Positions 8,031 through 18,974 are shown, counted from the first letter of the stretch. The stretch: DNA of 64,000 nucleotides from Patescibacteria group bacterium (GCA_035291665.1 DATDRP010000004.1:22272-86271), one strand, 5' to 3'. The notes: generated from the letters alone by a model not told the origin. Translations and numbers: made by a program.

Positions 8031-9881
8031 ATGGATATTAAATCACAAATAATAAACTCTCTTCGTAAGGTAACGGGTGAGGAAGTGATGAAACTCGATG
8101 TACCTGAAAGGGAAGAGTATGGAGAATACTCCTCAAACATAGCGATGCAAATATTTGCAGGGGTAAAAGACCCGCCTGCCGGACTGGCAGGGCAAGAGAG
8201 TGGAAGAGTGGAAGATAAGGGAAATGTCATTGTGAATCCGAGCTTGTCGGGGACGAAGCAATCTTATTATAACAACCCCCGTCAGTTAGCAGAAGAGATA
8301 GTGAATAAATTAAATAACGATAAGGAACTTCTTGAAGTTGTCGAAAAAATTGATGTTGCCGGACCGGGTTTTATCAATTTCCATCTAAAACCTGACGCTT
8401 TGACAACAATTCTACGGGGGGTTTTGGAAGAGGGAAGTGATTACGGTCGTCTTTTTGTTAATAAAAATAAAAAGCTTTCATTTGAGTTTGGTCAACCGAA
8501 TACTCATAAACTGCCCCATATCGGCCATTTGTTCTCATACATTTTGGGATCATCCCTGTCAAACATCCTGGAAGAAACGGGCTACGAAATTCGCCGCGCA
8601 AATTATCAAGGGGACATTGGTCCTCATGTGGCAAAGTGTCTATGGGCATTTCTTAAAGAAAACCCAACGGTACCAGAGGACCTGGAAGGTAAAGTTAAAT
8701 TACTCCAATTAATGTACCAGCATGGAAGTGCCGCCTATGAAAAAGGTGGTACGGAGAAAGACGAAATTGATAAATTAAATCAGGACATTTACAACAATGT
8801 ACCGGAGGTACAGGAAATTCTTACAAAAACAAGAGAGTGGAGTAAAACTTATTATAAACAATTTGAAAAAAGATTAGATATTGAATTTGATCGATATTAT
8901 TATGAATCGGAAGTCCATCAAAAAGGATATGAATTGGTTAAAAATAATATCGGTAAAGTATTTTCGGAAAGCGAAGGTGCAGTTATTTATGAAGGAAGTA
9001 AAGCCGGACTCCACGACCGGGTTTTTATCACTTCCAGGAATACTCCAACATATGAAGCAAAGGACGTTTGTCTTGAGATCCTGAAATATGAAGAATTTCC
9101 ATATGACAAACTGATTATCACAACCGCAAGTGAACAAAATGAGTATTTCAAGGTAATTTTTTCTGCTATTGAAAAAGTTATGCCCGAACTTAAAGGAAAG
9201 CTTGAACATATCGGTTTCGGAATGGTAAACCTGAAATCCGGTAAAATGGCTTCGAGAACCGGCGAAATTATCGGTGCTGTTGATCTTGTTGACATGGTCG
9301 TAGCCGAAATCAGGAAAATTGTTGAGGATCGAAAAGACCTTTCGGAAGCTGAAAAAGAAGAGATTGCCGAAAGTGTCGGAATAGGCGCTGTAAAATATTC
9401 GTTTTTGAAGAATTCACCGCTCAAAGATACGAAGTTTGACATTAAAGAGAGTATTTCCAAGGAGGGCAATTCCGGGCCATATCTGCAATATACTTATGCA
9501 AGAACGCAGAGCGTTTTGGAAAAAGCGAAAAAACCGTCTACAGCCAACAGTCTACAGATAACAGAAAAACAAAAAACTGTAGACAGTAGTCTGTCAGCTT
9601 TAAGCTTGAACGAAGAAGAATTAAATATTCTTCGTTCACTTCTTCATTTTCCCGAAGCTGTCGAGGCTTCAGCTATCAGTTATTCACCCAATTTAATATG
9701 TAATTATGTTTATGATCTGGCTCAGAAATATAATACTTTTTATAACAAGCACGATATTTTGGAGCAAAGAACAAAAGATAAAAAGGTAAGCGAATACCGA
9801 TTATCATTAACAAAGGCAGTTGGGATAGTGATTGAAAATAGCCTCAAACTGCTCGGGATAAAAACACTCCTTAAAATGTAA
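8031..9881 (+). CDS. argS: arginyl-tRNA synthetase (an alternative upstream ATG at 7935 would add 32 aa)
   Basis: The N-terminal Arg_tRNA_synt_N-like segment (MDIKSQIINSLRK...VPEREEYGEYSSNIAM), the class-I motif PHIGHL and the C-terminal DALR anticodon-binding domain are present. A low-complexity insert ...GQESGRVEDKGN... also occurs. Confidence 0.9.
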   Translation: MDIKSQIINSLRKVTGEEVMKLDVPEREEYGEYSSNIAMQIFAGVKDPPAGLAGQESGRVEDKGNVIVNPSLSGTKQSYYNNPRQLAEEIVNKLNNDKELLEVVEKIDVAGPGFINFHLKPDALTTILRGVLEEGSDYGRLFVNKNKKLSFEFGQPNTHKLPHIGHLFSYILGSSLSNILEETGYEIRRANYQGDIGPHVAKCLWAFLKENPTVPEDLEGKVKLLQLMYQHGSAAYEKGGTEKDEIDKLNQDIYNNVPEVQEILTKTREWSKTYYKQFEKRLDIEFDRYYYESEVHQKGYELVKNNIGKVFSESEGAVIYEGSKAGLHDRVFITSRNTPTYEAKDVCLEILKYEEFPYDKLIITTASEQNEYFKVIFSAIEKVMPELKGKLEHIGFGMVNLKSGKMASRTGEIIGAVDLVDMVVAEIRKIVEDRKDLSEAEKEEIAESVGIGAVKYSFLKNSPLKDTKFDIKESISKEGNSGPYLQYTYARTQSVLEKAKKPSTANSLQITEKQKTVDSSLSALSLNEEELNILRSLLHFPEAVEASAISYSPNLICNYVYDLAQKYNTFYNKHDILEQRTKDKKVSEYRLSLTKAVGIVIENSLKLLGIKTLLKM

Positions 9882-9927
9882 TTTTGGCTCTATTGCAAAA
9901 GAAGCAAAACGAAGAACCTAATATCAA

Positions 9928-10383
9928 TTATTTTCTGCGAGCAATGAACGCATAATCGCATCTACCTACCTCGACGAAAAACGCAGTTGAGTAAAAATTG
10001 ATCTTTGGACAATTAACTTTTTCATCTGATCCGATGGAAAGAATTTTTTTCTTATCGGAATTATCAAGAGAATGTTGAGGATCAGTCAGACTAATTTTTG
10101 TAATTAAGCCCTTTTCAACAACTTCAACCTCTGCCGGATTGGAAAATACTTTTGGAAATTGCTTAGAGGTGGATTTACCGGCTTTACAGTCAATCATCCA
10201 TTCCAAAGTCCTTAAGCGGCGGTCAACAATTAAGATCGGACTGTCAAAACTGCGGGGAAATAAAACCAATTGCGAATTTGGGGGACAATCATCAATTATT
10301 CCTTGTACAAATTCTCCCTGCGGATACACCATACCCACATTTCCTTTGTAAGCAACACCGATTTTTTCTTTATTATCAATCAT
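9928..10383 (-). CDS. hypothetical protein
   Basis: 151-aa ORF convergent with argS. No recognisable motif. Confidence 0.45.
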   Translation of the reverse strand: MIDNKEKIGVAYKGNVGMVYPQGEFVQGIIDDCPPNSQLVLFPRSFDSPILIVDRRLRTLEWMIDCKAGKSTSKQFPKVFSNPAEVEVVEKGLITKISLTDPQHSLDNSDKKKILSIGSDEKVNCPKINFYSTAFFVEVGRCDYAFIARRK

Positions 10384-10520
10384 ATTGTCCTATAATACAT
10401 ATTATATTACCAGATTATATTTTTTACCAGCGGAGAGGTTTTGTGAGTTATGGGGAACGATAAGTCCTTATTTTAATTGACATCCGATGAATAACCAGTT
10501 GTTATACTATTTTATATATA

Positions 10521-10548
10521 ATCATACATTAATATAATAATGTATTGA
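10521..10548. promoter_or_regulatory. AT-rich inverted repeat ATACATTA-N6-TAATGTAT in the long leader upstream of the P-type ATPase; candidate operator
   Basis: Perfect 8-bp inverted repeat read directly from the sequence, ~170 bp upstream of the ATPase start. Confidence 0.2.
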
Positions 10549-10714
10549 TATAGTAATATATTTAATGATCGCAGAAAATATAGCTTTTTGATGTCTTCTT
10601 CCTTAGAACATTTTAATAAAACACTGAATTATCAACTCCTTGTTTGGATTTTTTGCTGGAGAAATACAATTTAAGACCAATGACAAATGTAAGCCATATT
10701 AATATAATGAATTA

Positions 10715-13237
10715 ATGAACCATTCGGATTATGCAAGTTTGGATATAAATCAAGTGTATGGCAAATTGAAAAGCGGTAAAGAGGGTTTGACTGCTGAAGA
10801 GGCAGCAAGGAGGATCTTAATATACGGTCCGAATGCAATAAAATCAACTCAGGTTACTTATTTCCAAATATTCTTACGGCAGCTCAAGTCTCCCTTTGTG
10901 TATCTTCTCTTTGGAGCATCGGTTATATCATTTATCCTTAAAGAATTTGTGGATTCGGGTATGATTTTGGGATTTATTCTGATCAATACAGTCCTGGGGT
11001 TCTATCAGGAATACCGCTCGGAGCAAACTATTAGATTATTGAAAAAATATCTTGTCTCAAAATTGAAGATTATTCGCGACGGCGTTGAAATTATTCTTGA
11101 TGTGACAGAACTTGTACCCGGGGATTTAATTAATTTTGAACCAGGCGATATTCTTCCCTGCGATGTGAGGTTTATTGAAACCCAAAGCATGTCGATAGAT
11201 GAATCGGTTTTAACAGGTGAGTCCTTACCGGTTGAAAAATATAGTATTGTCCAGGAAGGATTGTCAGATGATATTTATAAACTACGGAATATCGGATTCT
11301 CCGGAACAACAGTAATCGGGGGATCCGGTAAGGGGATTGTAATTGCCACAGGTGAAAAAATGGTCTATGCAAAAATTGCAGACCTCGCCGCGAAAACCAG
11401 CAAGTCCAGCTCGTTCGAAAGCGAAATAAAAAGGTTTTCTGCTTTAACTTTAAAAGTTGTTGCCACAACCCTTATTATAGTAATTGCAGTTAGCCTTGCG
11501 ATAAAAGAAAAACCCAGTATATCCGAGCTCGCCCTTTTTTCCGTTGCCCTAGCAGTTTCCGTAATTCCCGAAGCACTCCCTGTGGTTTCAACTTTTTCAC
11601 TTTCAATCGGGGCGTCGAAACTGACTAAGAAAAACGTCGTTGTCCGGCGGCTTTCTGCTGTAGAAGACTTGGGGGAAATCAAAGTCCTTTGCAGTGATAA
11701 AACAGGGACTCTTACGGAAAATAAATTGACGATTGACGAAATTTATTCACAGAAAATTAATAAGACTTTGATATTGGCATATTTGTCGTCGGTTGTATCA
11801 AAAATGTCAAGAAATTCCGGTAATATTGCTTTTGAACACGCAATCAAAGAGGAAATTGACAGGCTGCGGTTGAATGGTGAATTAAGTCTTAACAGAATCA
11901 TCAAAAGCATTCCCTTCGATCCGGTCAGAAAAAGAATGAGCAGCATGGTTTTAAACGATAAAAAATATTATATTGTCAGCAAAGGTTCGTTTGAACAAAT
12001 TAAAGATATTTGTAAAATCCCGGAAAAAGATTTGAATGGTTTTGAAAAATGGTTAGCCGAGAAAGGGAAAGAGGGAAGAAGGGTGCTGGCAGTTTGCTCG
12101 AAGGCTGTGCCATCAAAGAATGCTGATATATCCAAATCCGAAAAAGAGATGGAATTTATCGGAATGATTTCTTTCATCGACCCGATAAAACCCTCTGCAC
12201 ATCTGGCAATTGCCAAAGCCAAGGAATTGGGTGTTTTGGTTAAGATCTTAACCGGCGATACAAAAGAAGTTGCGTATGATGTTGCGAAAAAAATCAATCT
12301 GATTGAGACAGAGAATGAGGTGATCACCGGTGAAGAGTTTTCAAAACTGAATATCGATGAAAAACACAAAGCGGTTGTGGATTACCAAGTCTTTGCGAGA
12401 GTTTTGCCTGAGCAAAAGTACGAAATAATAAATTTATTGAAAGAAAAATATTTCGTCGGTTTTTTGGGGGAGGGAATTAATGATGCCCCAGCCCTTAAGG
12501 CGTCTAATGTGGCAATCGTCGTTCAGGGTGCGGCTGATGTGGCCAAGGAGTCGTCCGATATTGTACTTCTCAAAAAAGGTTTGGAAGTAATCATGGATGG
12601 TATCGAGGAGGGCAGAAAAGTTTTTATTAATACATCAAAGTATATAACTTCGACGATGACATCGAATTTTGGAAATTTCTTTGCGGTTGCTTTCGTTTCT
12701 CTTTTTATAGATTTTTTACCGATGCTTCCTTTACAATTACTTCTCCTGAACTTGCTATCGGATTTTCCAATGATTTTTGTAGCTACTGATAATGTGGACC
12801 CCGAGCTTCTGAAATACCCCATGAAGTACGATCTGAAGTCGTTTCTTCTGATATCGCTACTTTTGGGAGCTATTTCGACTGCATTTGATTTTATTTACTT
12901 TGCCAGCTTCCTTCCGTTCGGGGCAAAGACTCTCCAAACGTCTTGGTTCATCGGAAGTGTACTAACCGAAATACTTTTTATTTATTCCATAAGAAGCAGA
13001 AGGTTTCTCTTAAAAGCAAAACCGGCGTCGGGATTGTTGATCCTTTTATCCGTGATTGCGATAGGATTTACTTTTGGGATTCCATATACAAACTTGGGGG
13101 ATAAAGTATTTGGATTTATAAAACCCGATTTTGTACAGGTTACGAGAATCGTAGTGATCGCAGGAATATATTTGATTCTGACTGAAGCCGCGAAACTAAC
13201 TTTTTTCAAGTATTCTTCCAGTAAAGTTACTTCCTGA
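10715..13237 (+). CDS. cation-transporting P-type ATPase (P2-type; Ca2+/Mg2+ class)
   Basis: Cation-ATPase N-terminal domain (LTAEEAARRIL.YGPN), TGES actuator motif (LTGESLPVEK), phosphorylation site CSDKTGTLT, hinge GEGINDAPALK and about 10 TM segments. Confidence 0.9.
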   Translation: MNHSDYASLDINQVYGKLKSGKEGLTAEEAARRILIYGPNAIKSTQVTYFQIFLRQLKSPFVYLLFGASVISFILKEFVDSGMILGFILINTVLGFYQEYRSEQTIRLLKKYLVSKLKIIRDGVEIILDVTELVPGDLINFEPGDILPCDVRFIETQSMSIDESVLTGESLPVEKYSIVQEGLSDDIYKLRNIGFSGTTVIGGSGKGIVIATGEKMVYAKIADLAAKTSKSSSFESEIKRFSALTLKVVATTLIIVIAVSLAIKEKPSISELALFSVALAVSVIPEALPVVSTFSLSIGASKLTKKNVVVRRLSAVEDLGEIKVLCSDKTGTLTENKLTIDEIYSQKINKTLILAYLSSVVSKMSRNSGNIAFEHAIKEEIDRLRLNGELSLNRIIKSIPFDPVRKRMSSMVLNDKKYYIVSKGSFEQIKDICKIPEKDLNGFEKWLAEKGKEGRRVLAVCSKAVPSKNADISKSEKEMEFIGMISFIDPIKPSAHLAIAKAKELGVLVKILTGDTKEVAYDVAKKINLIETENEVITGEEFSKLNIDEKHKAVVDYQVFARVLPEQKYEIINLLKEKYFVGFLGEGINDAPALKASNVAIVVQGAADVAKESSDIVLLKKGLEVIMDGIEEGRKVFINTSKYITSTMTSNFGNFFAVAFVSLFIDFLPMLPLQLLLLNLLSDFPMIFVATDNVDPELLKYPMKYDLKSFLLISLLLGAISTAFDFIYFASFLPFGAKTLQTSWFIGSVLTEILFIYSIRSRRFLLKAKPASGLLILLSVIAIGFTFGIPYTNLGDKVFGFIKPDFVQVTRIVVIAGIYLILTEAAKLTFFKYSSSKVTS

Positions 13238-13240
13238 AGA

Positions 13241-13272
13241 CTTCACCGGTAGTTGCGACCGGGTGAAGCAGT
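13241..13272 (+). terminator. possible stem-loop terminator after the ATPase gene (cttcaccgg-N9-ccgggtgaag)
   Basis: 9-bp inverted repeat with one bulge immediately after the stop codon. No strong U-tract follows. Confidence 0.3.
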
Positions 13273-13360
13273 GTCAGCAGTTTAAACATAAACTCCCTGT
13301 CAAAATATCTTTGTAAACTGTCCTACAGAAAATTATTACATTTATGTTAAAATAATTGGT

Positions 13361-13660
13361 ATGGAAAAGAATTTCTCAAGCTGGAGAGAAGCAAAAAAAG
13401 GTCTTCAACCTGTATTGGAAAGTTTGCATTTATCGGCAAAAGTAGAAGCAAGAATTGCCAACGGCGGTTCCTACTTAGTCCCCGGTGAAGACGGTAAACT
13501 GACAGTAGTTTTTGACAATGTTGCAACTGAAGAACAAAAAAGAAAAGCTTTGTATCACATAAAAGGTTTGGCTAACACATCTACTCAGCTTTCGCATGCA
13601 TTATTACAAAGAATTGACACACGGGAAGGCAGGGGTGCACATGGTGGTGGCAGGTCCTAA
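13361..13660 (+). CDS. hypothetical protein
   Basis: 99-aa ORF with no known motif. Confidence 0.4.
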   Translation: MEKNFSSWREAKKGLQPVLESLHLSAKVEARIANGGSYLVPGEDGKLTVVFDNVATEEQKRKALYHIKGLANTSTQLSHALLQRIDTREGRGAHGGGRS

Positions 13661-13783
13661 TCCCTTTAATATTAGCTTCAAATAACCTCTTTTTCCGTAC
13701 AACCACTCTGCGACGGGACACTCTTAACCCCGTACTTTTGAGACCTCATGAGAGCCATATTGACCTAAATTACATCATATTGT

Positions 13784-14239
13784 TTGAAAGTTGTTAACAG
13801 AGGATATTTATCCTATAATACAAGTATGAATTATTTTGGTTCAGAAAGCGGCTGCTTGCATGGGGGTGAAGTATGTCTTCATAAATACAAGATACCTGTA
13901 GTGAGGGAAGGAGAAGGTGCTTGTCCCTTGGGTTTAGTACTACATACTAATAGCACAGCCCAAATACAAGGAAGATGTCTTTGTGTCAACCTTGAAGGTA
14001 AAGTAAGAGATCCTTATACGGAAATGGAAGTATTTTATGTACAGGGCAGAGAAAGACCATTGGCCGAATGCCACTTCAAGAATAAAGGAAAATATTGTAC
14101 CGGGATCTCGAATGGCGGACGGGAAAGAGAGGAAAACAAAGTACCCGCTCCACAAAAAAAGCAAAATAATGAAGAGCTTATCCCGTTTGATGGCACAATA
14201 TTTGATGTAAAGAGGGTGCCTAATAAGATAAGAATTTAA
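13784..14239 (+). CDS. hypothetical Cys-rich protein
   Basis: 151 aa with multiple Cys (CLHGGEVC, GRCLCVN, ECHFKNKGKYC). No signal peptide is apparent. Confidence 0.4.
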   Translation: MKVVNRGYLSYNTSMNYFGSESGCLHGGEVCLHKYKIPVVREGEGACPLGLVLHTNSTAQIQGRCLCVNLEGKVRDPYTEMEVFYVQGRERPLAECHFKNKGKYCTGISNGGREREENKVPAPQKKQNNEELIPFDGTIFDVKRVPNKIRI

Positions 14240-14241
14240 TT

Positions 14242-14775
14242 ATGGCAGATGGAAAAGACAGAAAAATATTTTGGAATGAATATTGTAAAAGTTATTGTCG
14301 ATATTCAATAGATGCTAATGACGATGAATTAAAAATACCTGATTCTGCGGAAGTTGGTTCTGGGATCAGGCTCGATTGTCGATATACAGGCAAAAGAGTG
14401 TTGTTGACAGTACAACGAGCAACCCATGGTGGAAGGATCTTAGGATGTAATGTTTCTGAAAACGAATGCCGTAAGGCTGTAAAAGATAATAAAAAAGCAT
14501 ATACAGGCGTTAGTTTTGTACCGAACCATTCCTATTTTCCAGGAAAAGTAACGGATCAACCATCCTCAGAACCGATCAGTTTCTATCCGGGATTATTTGA
14601 AAAATCAAGTGAGGAAGAAACAACACATGACCAGGCGAGACTGAATTACGAAAAACTTGCGAAAGCTAGAAAAATACTTCACGGTAAACTTGGAAGATAT
14701 GAAACAGTAGAACTTGAGAATGGTGATGTGGTGATTAGAGATTCAAGAAATAATACTTTTCGTACATACAGTTAG
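14242..14775 (+). CDS. hypothetical protein
   Basis: 177-aa ORF that starts 3 nt after the previous stop and is Cys-containing. The two look like an operon. Confidence 0.45.
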   Translation: MADGKDRKIFWNEYCKSYCRYSIDANDDELKIPDSAEVGSGIRLDCRYTGKRVLLTVQRATHGGRILGCNVSENECRKAVKDNKKAYTGVSFVPNHSYFPGKVTDQPSSEPISFYPGLFEKSSEEETTHDQARLNYEKLAKARKILHGKLGRYETVELENGDVVIRDSRNNTFRTYS

Positions 14776-14779
14776 TTTT

Positions 14780-15454
14780 TCAGGGATTAAAATCTTTTTT
14801 CTCTTGTATCGGTCCGAGATCTTCTCTCATCGCAATTACGGGATTGATCATTGTATGTTTACCGTACCTGATATCGTTGAAAACCAACGCTGTTACACCA
14901 ATTCCGACTATAATACCAAACCATTGTGCATAGCTCCTCTCATCAGCCGGCATCGATAAAACCTTTGGCAAATCATACATCCACACAAACCCAAGCACAT
15001 TCCATATATCTTTTAATGCCTGAACATTTCTAATCGATTTGTCTCTCACGTCAGATCTTTTTTGAAAGTAAGCAACATCGATGGTTTTTAGAAGCGCCAT
15101 ACCATATGCAAAATACTGTACTAAATCACCCGAGGATGTAACTTGTACGTTTTGAAGCACATTGGACGCGATTTCAGCAACCTTGTGTGTTTTTTGCTGC
15201 CAATCAGGATTTAATAAGTTAGGATCATTCAAAACATTAACTACGATTCTTGAACCGATTTCAATTATCTCTCTGCCTCCATCGGTAGCGATTGCGCCTG
15301 CAATAGTTAATAGAGCACCGGTGGTATTCGGTCCCTTTTTTTCCACAGGCGGAGGGGTTTTATAAGGTTTACCATCGATAGTCGTTATCTCAGGGACAAT
15401 TGGAGGGGTTGCCCTTTTTGATTTTCTCGTAAGAAATCTTTCAATCATAGTCAA
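14780..15454 (-). CDS. hypothetical protein (predicted membrane-associated)
   Basis: 224-aa ORF with hydrophobic segments and no recognised family. Confidence 0.45.
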   Translation of the reverse strand: MTMIERFLTRKSKRATPPIVPEITTIDGKPYKTPPPVEKKGPNTTGALLTIAGAIATDGGREIIEIGSRIVVNVLNDPNLLNPDWQQKTHKVAEIASNVLQNVQVTSSGDLVQYFAYGMALLKTIDVAYFQKRSDVRDKSIRNVQALKDIWNVLGFVWMYDLPKVLSMPADERSYAQWFGIIVGIGVTALVFNDIRYGKHTMINPVIAMREDLGPIQEKKDFNP

Positions 15455-15521
15455 AATTTGAATAATGAATATTTTATCCTATAAGGTTGTCTAACTCAAT
15501 ATTTATTGTATAATTGCGGAT

Positions 15522-16241
15522 ATGGGAAGAAAAGAAGATTTAAATGTCTTATCGAAATTTTATCGGGAAGGATCAACTATTCATCCGGCATTTGTTGAAC
15601 TATCAAGATTGAAGTTAGTGAGAGAACAGGACGATTTATCTTTTAATTTGTGTCCAAGTTGTCCCCATTTATGCCCGGGAAGTAAACTTAAAAATCCACC
15701 GTTTCCCGATTGTCAAGAATGTAAGCTTCCGGTTAATACAGACCGAAATTTCCTGGAACTTGTGAAACTGATTTTTAACAAAGCGAGAATTGTAAGTACC
15801 GAAAAAATTAAAGATTCTGATCCGTCACTTCCTTCAGGATCTGCGATAAATGCGGTTCGCACTGTTATCGACGTTCCGGGCAGCACTAATCACATACCCC
15901 ATATCGGGACCATAAGTATTACACATTATTATGACCAGCAGGTCCAATTTGGTATGTATGAGATTAAAACAGATTCCGATAAAGATCAAACACTTTTTCC
16001 AAGTACAGTAGTCAGAAAGAAAGTCGATATTAATAAAGAACAGTGGCAAAGAATCCGGAACAATCAAAGAAAGGGATCACCAACAGATGTGGCAGTAGAA
16101 TTGAATGTAGAATTACCTCCCAATCCAACATCTAAAATTTTGAAGGGTTTGAAAGAGGAAAGTAAGAAAAGGGGTAGAGGTATTACAGCGAATGAGTCTG
16201 AAGAGAGCTTACTAGATAAGATATTTGGCAAGAAAAAATAA
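15522..16241 (+). CDS. hypothetical Cys-rich protein
   Basis: 239 aa. CPSCPHLCPG...PDCQECKLP suggests a zinc-ribbon-like N-terminus. Confidence 0.45.
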   Translation: MGRKEDLNVLSKFYREGSTIHPAFVELSRLKLVREQDDLSFNLCPSCPHLCPGSKLKNPPFPDCQECKLPVNTDRNFLELVKLIFNKARIVSTEKIKDSDPSLPSGSAINAVRTVIDVPGSTNHIPHIGTISITHYYDQQVQFGMYEIKTDSDKDQTLFPSTVVRKKVDINKEQWQRIRNNQRKGSPTDVAVELNVELPPNPTSKILKGLKEESKKRGRGITANESEESLLDKIFGKKK

Positions 16242-16326
16242 ACCCTCTAAATTTATTTCCGCGCTATAAGAGATTGGGGGAAATGAGCTTAAAGAGTATA
16301 CTTTTAAATCAAATTTTATGGATTTA

Positions 16327-17154
16327 TTACTTTTTTTGTGTTGATTGCTGCCATTCCCGATATTCTCTTGGGAATTTTCTAATAATAAATTCTCGATTAG
16401 CCGGATTGCCACCGATAGCCATCCGAATAATATCGTTATCTGGGTAATTAATATTTACCAATGCTTGCATACCTGCATTTACATCACCTTTCTCAAATAA
16501 TTTCTTGGCTTTTACTGTGGTTTCCTGCCTTCTTATTTCATCGCCGGATTTATTACTCTCATGTAAATTTATGATAGGTTTTGCAACTATCTCGCCTCCT
16601 TGTTGAGCTTTTTCAACGAAAAAACCCATTACCCCATCGATAAATTGTTTACCACTGGTCTCGTGTGCCGCTAATCCTAATGCCACAATTACATGGGCGG
16701 TTCTTAAATTAAGCGAACCATCATTTATTGAAAACCAAGTTTTCCAATCGAAAAGAGGCTTTTCACCTGCCAAATTACCATTGATAGCATGATAAACAAC
16801 TTCCCCTGATAAAATTTTTAAGCCTGTTGAGAAAATTTTTTTTGGTACATTTCTGTCCGGATCTTTTTCCACAAGTTCCTCCAAACCGAATATTGCACCT
16901 GTTATGTGACCTTTCATTACTGCCCAATCAGCATTGGAATTTGGATCTGGGGACTGACCTGTACAGGCTACGAGGGTGAGAGGCAATAATAGAGCTGCCG
17001 TTTTAATATAACCCCGGTTATCTTCGACAACATCCTTTAATATCTGTCGAGTAGATAATCCCGGTATTTTTTCTCCGTTCAATCCAAACGGATCGTCGGG
17101 ATGACCCAATTGAACGGTTTGGTCCGGAGTTATATTTGAAAATCTTTCTGGCAT
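16327..17154 (-). CDS. hypothetical protein
   Basis: 275-aa ORF with no confident family assignment. Confidence 0.45.
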   Translation of the reverse strand: MPERFSNITPDQTVQLGHPDDPFGLNGEKIPGLSTRQILKDVVEDNRGYIKTAALLLPLTLVACTGQSPDPNSNADWAVMKGHITGAIFGLEELVEKDPDRNVPKKIFSTGLKILSGEVVYHAINGNLAGEKPLFDWKTWFSINDGSLNLRTAHVIVALGLAAHETSGKQFIDGVMGFFVEKAQQGGEIVAKPIINLHESNKSGDEIRRQETTVKAKKLFEKGDVNAGMQALVNINYPDNDIIRMAIGGNPANREFIIRKFPREYREWQQSTQKK

Positions 17155-17312
17155 GAGATTATTATAAATTATAGGTCTTTTGTAGTCAATTATAATTGAA
17201 AAAACAGTTATGTAAAGAATTGATGATTAATAATATTTGAGAGCTTTTGAGAATGTTTAAGCGTGTATTATTGTTGACTTAATTAACTTAATATTATATA
17301 TTACTTTATATT

Positions 17313-18503
17313 ATGGGATTGGAATCATTAATAAATAAATTTAGAAAACAAAAACCGATTACACCCCAGCAAAGTCTGGCTCTTAAACAGCGACAAGAGA
17401 TAGCAGGTTCAATTAGAGGTGAAATCGTAAATCACACAAGGGGTCGGTTGGCCGATGCAGAACCACAGGCATTGCAAATGGGTTATCCAAATGCTTCATT
17501 GATGCAAGATACTAATGTCTGGTACGCAAGACAACTTGGAGAGATGGGTGTAGGTACAAAACTTCCCCTGATTGAAATAAAGGGGTCTTATTTTATCGGA
17601 TTAATTGAAACCGTTCTTGATCAAATGATAGAAGGTGGAAACATTATGATTCCTCTTGCGGAAACTTCTTCAAGAATTGCTGCAATTGTAAAAGAGGAAG
17701 ATCCGTATAAAAGAGCCGAAGCAGCTTTTGATATATGTAACGATGTCGTCAAGGGTCGTAATAAACGAAAAGCAAAAAATGGTTTGGAGAAATTGACCAA
17801 ATTGAATATCTATGAGCCCTTTATTGATGCCTTGAGTGAAATAGGTTCAAGAAAAGATGTAGTTTTGGATAGTATAATTGGTCTTCAGGATGCTACAAAA
17901 ATCACTGAAGCAAGTGTACACAGCATTCACGACAGTTTGTTATCCAAAAAGAATCAGTTGGAAAATAGTGTTAAAGTATATGATTCTAAAGTAGGAGTAC
18001 AGGATAATTTAATGAGAATAAAAGATGAAGCGTATGGTGCGGTTTCGGAAATGCTGGATAGGATATCCAAAGGTGAAAAAGTTGGTGACGAATTGCCCAG
18101 GCGTGCCAATGCTGCCATAGCAGAGTTAGCTAATGAATTAGATAACGGATTAGATTCAAATAAAGCTGCACAACAGACTGTTCGACAAGCAGGGAATAGA
18201 CAAGTAGATGCGATGGCGGCGGATACTGTTTTAGGTATTGATAGAGCAACCAGAATTAGTCTTGAAACAACATCGATACTAGGTGTAAGTTGTCCAATGA
18301 CTGGTTTAAAAATGGTATCTGATGCAGATACAGCTGTATCTTGGATGGCTTTGAAGATTGGTGTGGCACTTGTTCGACGCATGAACATACCTATTGATCC
18401 TTCCGGATTGAGTGATCAAAATGTTATGAATGCTATTCAACGCGAATGGGAAAGTACTAAGGGTTACCTTACATCAGGTTCGAAACAAAGCAACCAAGCT
18501 TAA
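17313..18503 (+). CDS. hypothetical protein (predicted helical or coiled-coil)
   Basis: 396-aa ORF transcribed divergently from the 16327..17154 gene. Confidence 0.5.
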   Translation: MGLESLINKFRKQKPITPQQSLALKQRQEIAGSIRGEIVNHTRGRLADAEPQALQMGYPNASLMQDTNVWYARQLGEMGVGTKLPLIEIKGSYFIGLIETVLDQMIEGGNIMIPLAETSSRIAAIVKEEDPYKRAEAAFDICNDVVKGRNKRKAKNGLEKLTKLNIYEPFIDALSEIGSRKDVVLDSIIGLQDATKITEASVHSIHDSLLSKKNQLENSVKVYDSKVGVQDNLMRIKDEAYGAVSEMLDRISKGEKVGDELPRRANAAIAELANELDNGLDSNKAAQQTVRQAGNRQVDAMAADTVLGIDRATRISLETTSILGVSCPMTGLKMVSDADTAVSWMALKIGVALVRRMNIPIDPSGLSDQNVMNAIQREWESTKGYLTSGSKQSNQA

Positions 18504-18576
18504 TAGGTAAATTCAGAAATTTTCAAATACAATCAATTTTTTAAAGATTTGAATATTATTTTTTTAAATAATAAAA

Positions 18577-18798
18577 ATGGAAAATAAAAATAAACCGGTA
18601 GAAGAAAAGACACTTGCAGAGCTACATGATGATCGAAGAGGCTTTTTTTCCGATGAAGTGCTGGAAGAACTGAGAGAAGAAAAATTACGAGAAGGATCAG
18701 AAGGTGCCGATAAAATAAATAAAGCATTTGCCAATTATCAACCCAAGCGTATTCCGGTAAGAAGAGTTGTTAAAGTCAGCGTTCCCAGAAGAGGTTAA
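18577..18798 (+). CDS. hypothetical small charged protein
   Basis: 73 aa, Lys/Glu/Arg-rich. Confidence 0.35.
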   Translation: MENKNKPVEEKTLAELHDDRRGFFSDEVLEELREEKLREGSEGADKINKAFANYQPKRIPVRRVVKVSVPRRG

Positions 18799-18974
18799 GA
18801 ATATCTTCAAAAAAGTTATTAAACCGGGCATCCGATCAATTACTCATAATTTAGCTTCAAATATAGCCGAAAGGTGAACCCCCGGTTCAGTTTGATTATT
18901 TTGATTAATCCGCATTTTAATATTTATATGATTTTATTGTTCTTATTATTATTAATTAATATTATTTTGATAAT

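Noticed and set aside
8874-9469. Antisense ORFs (111 and 160 aa) within argS
   Set aside because: They are shadow ORFs inside a confidently identified aaRS coding frame.
10384-10714. M-box (Mg2+) riboswitch upstream of the P-type ATPase
   Set aside because: The leader is extremely AT-rich and lacks the G/C-rich paired regions of the ykoK M-box. Only a short AT palindrome was recorded, as a low-confidence operator.
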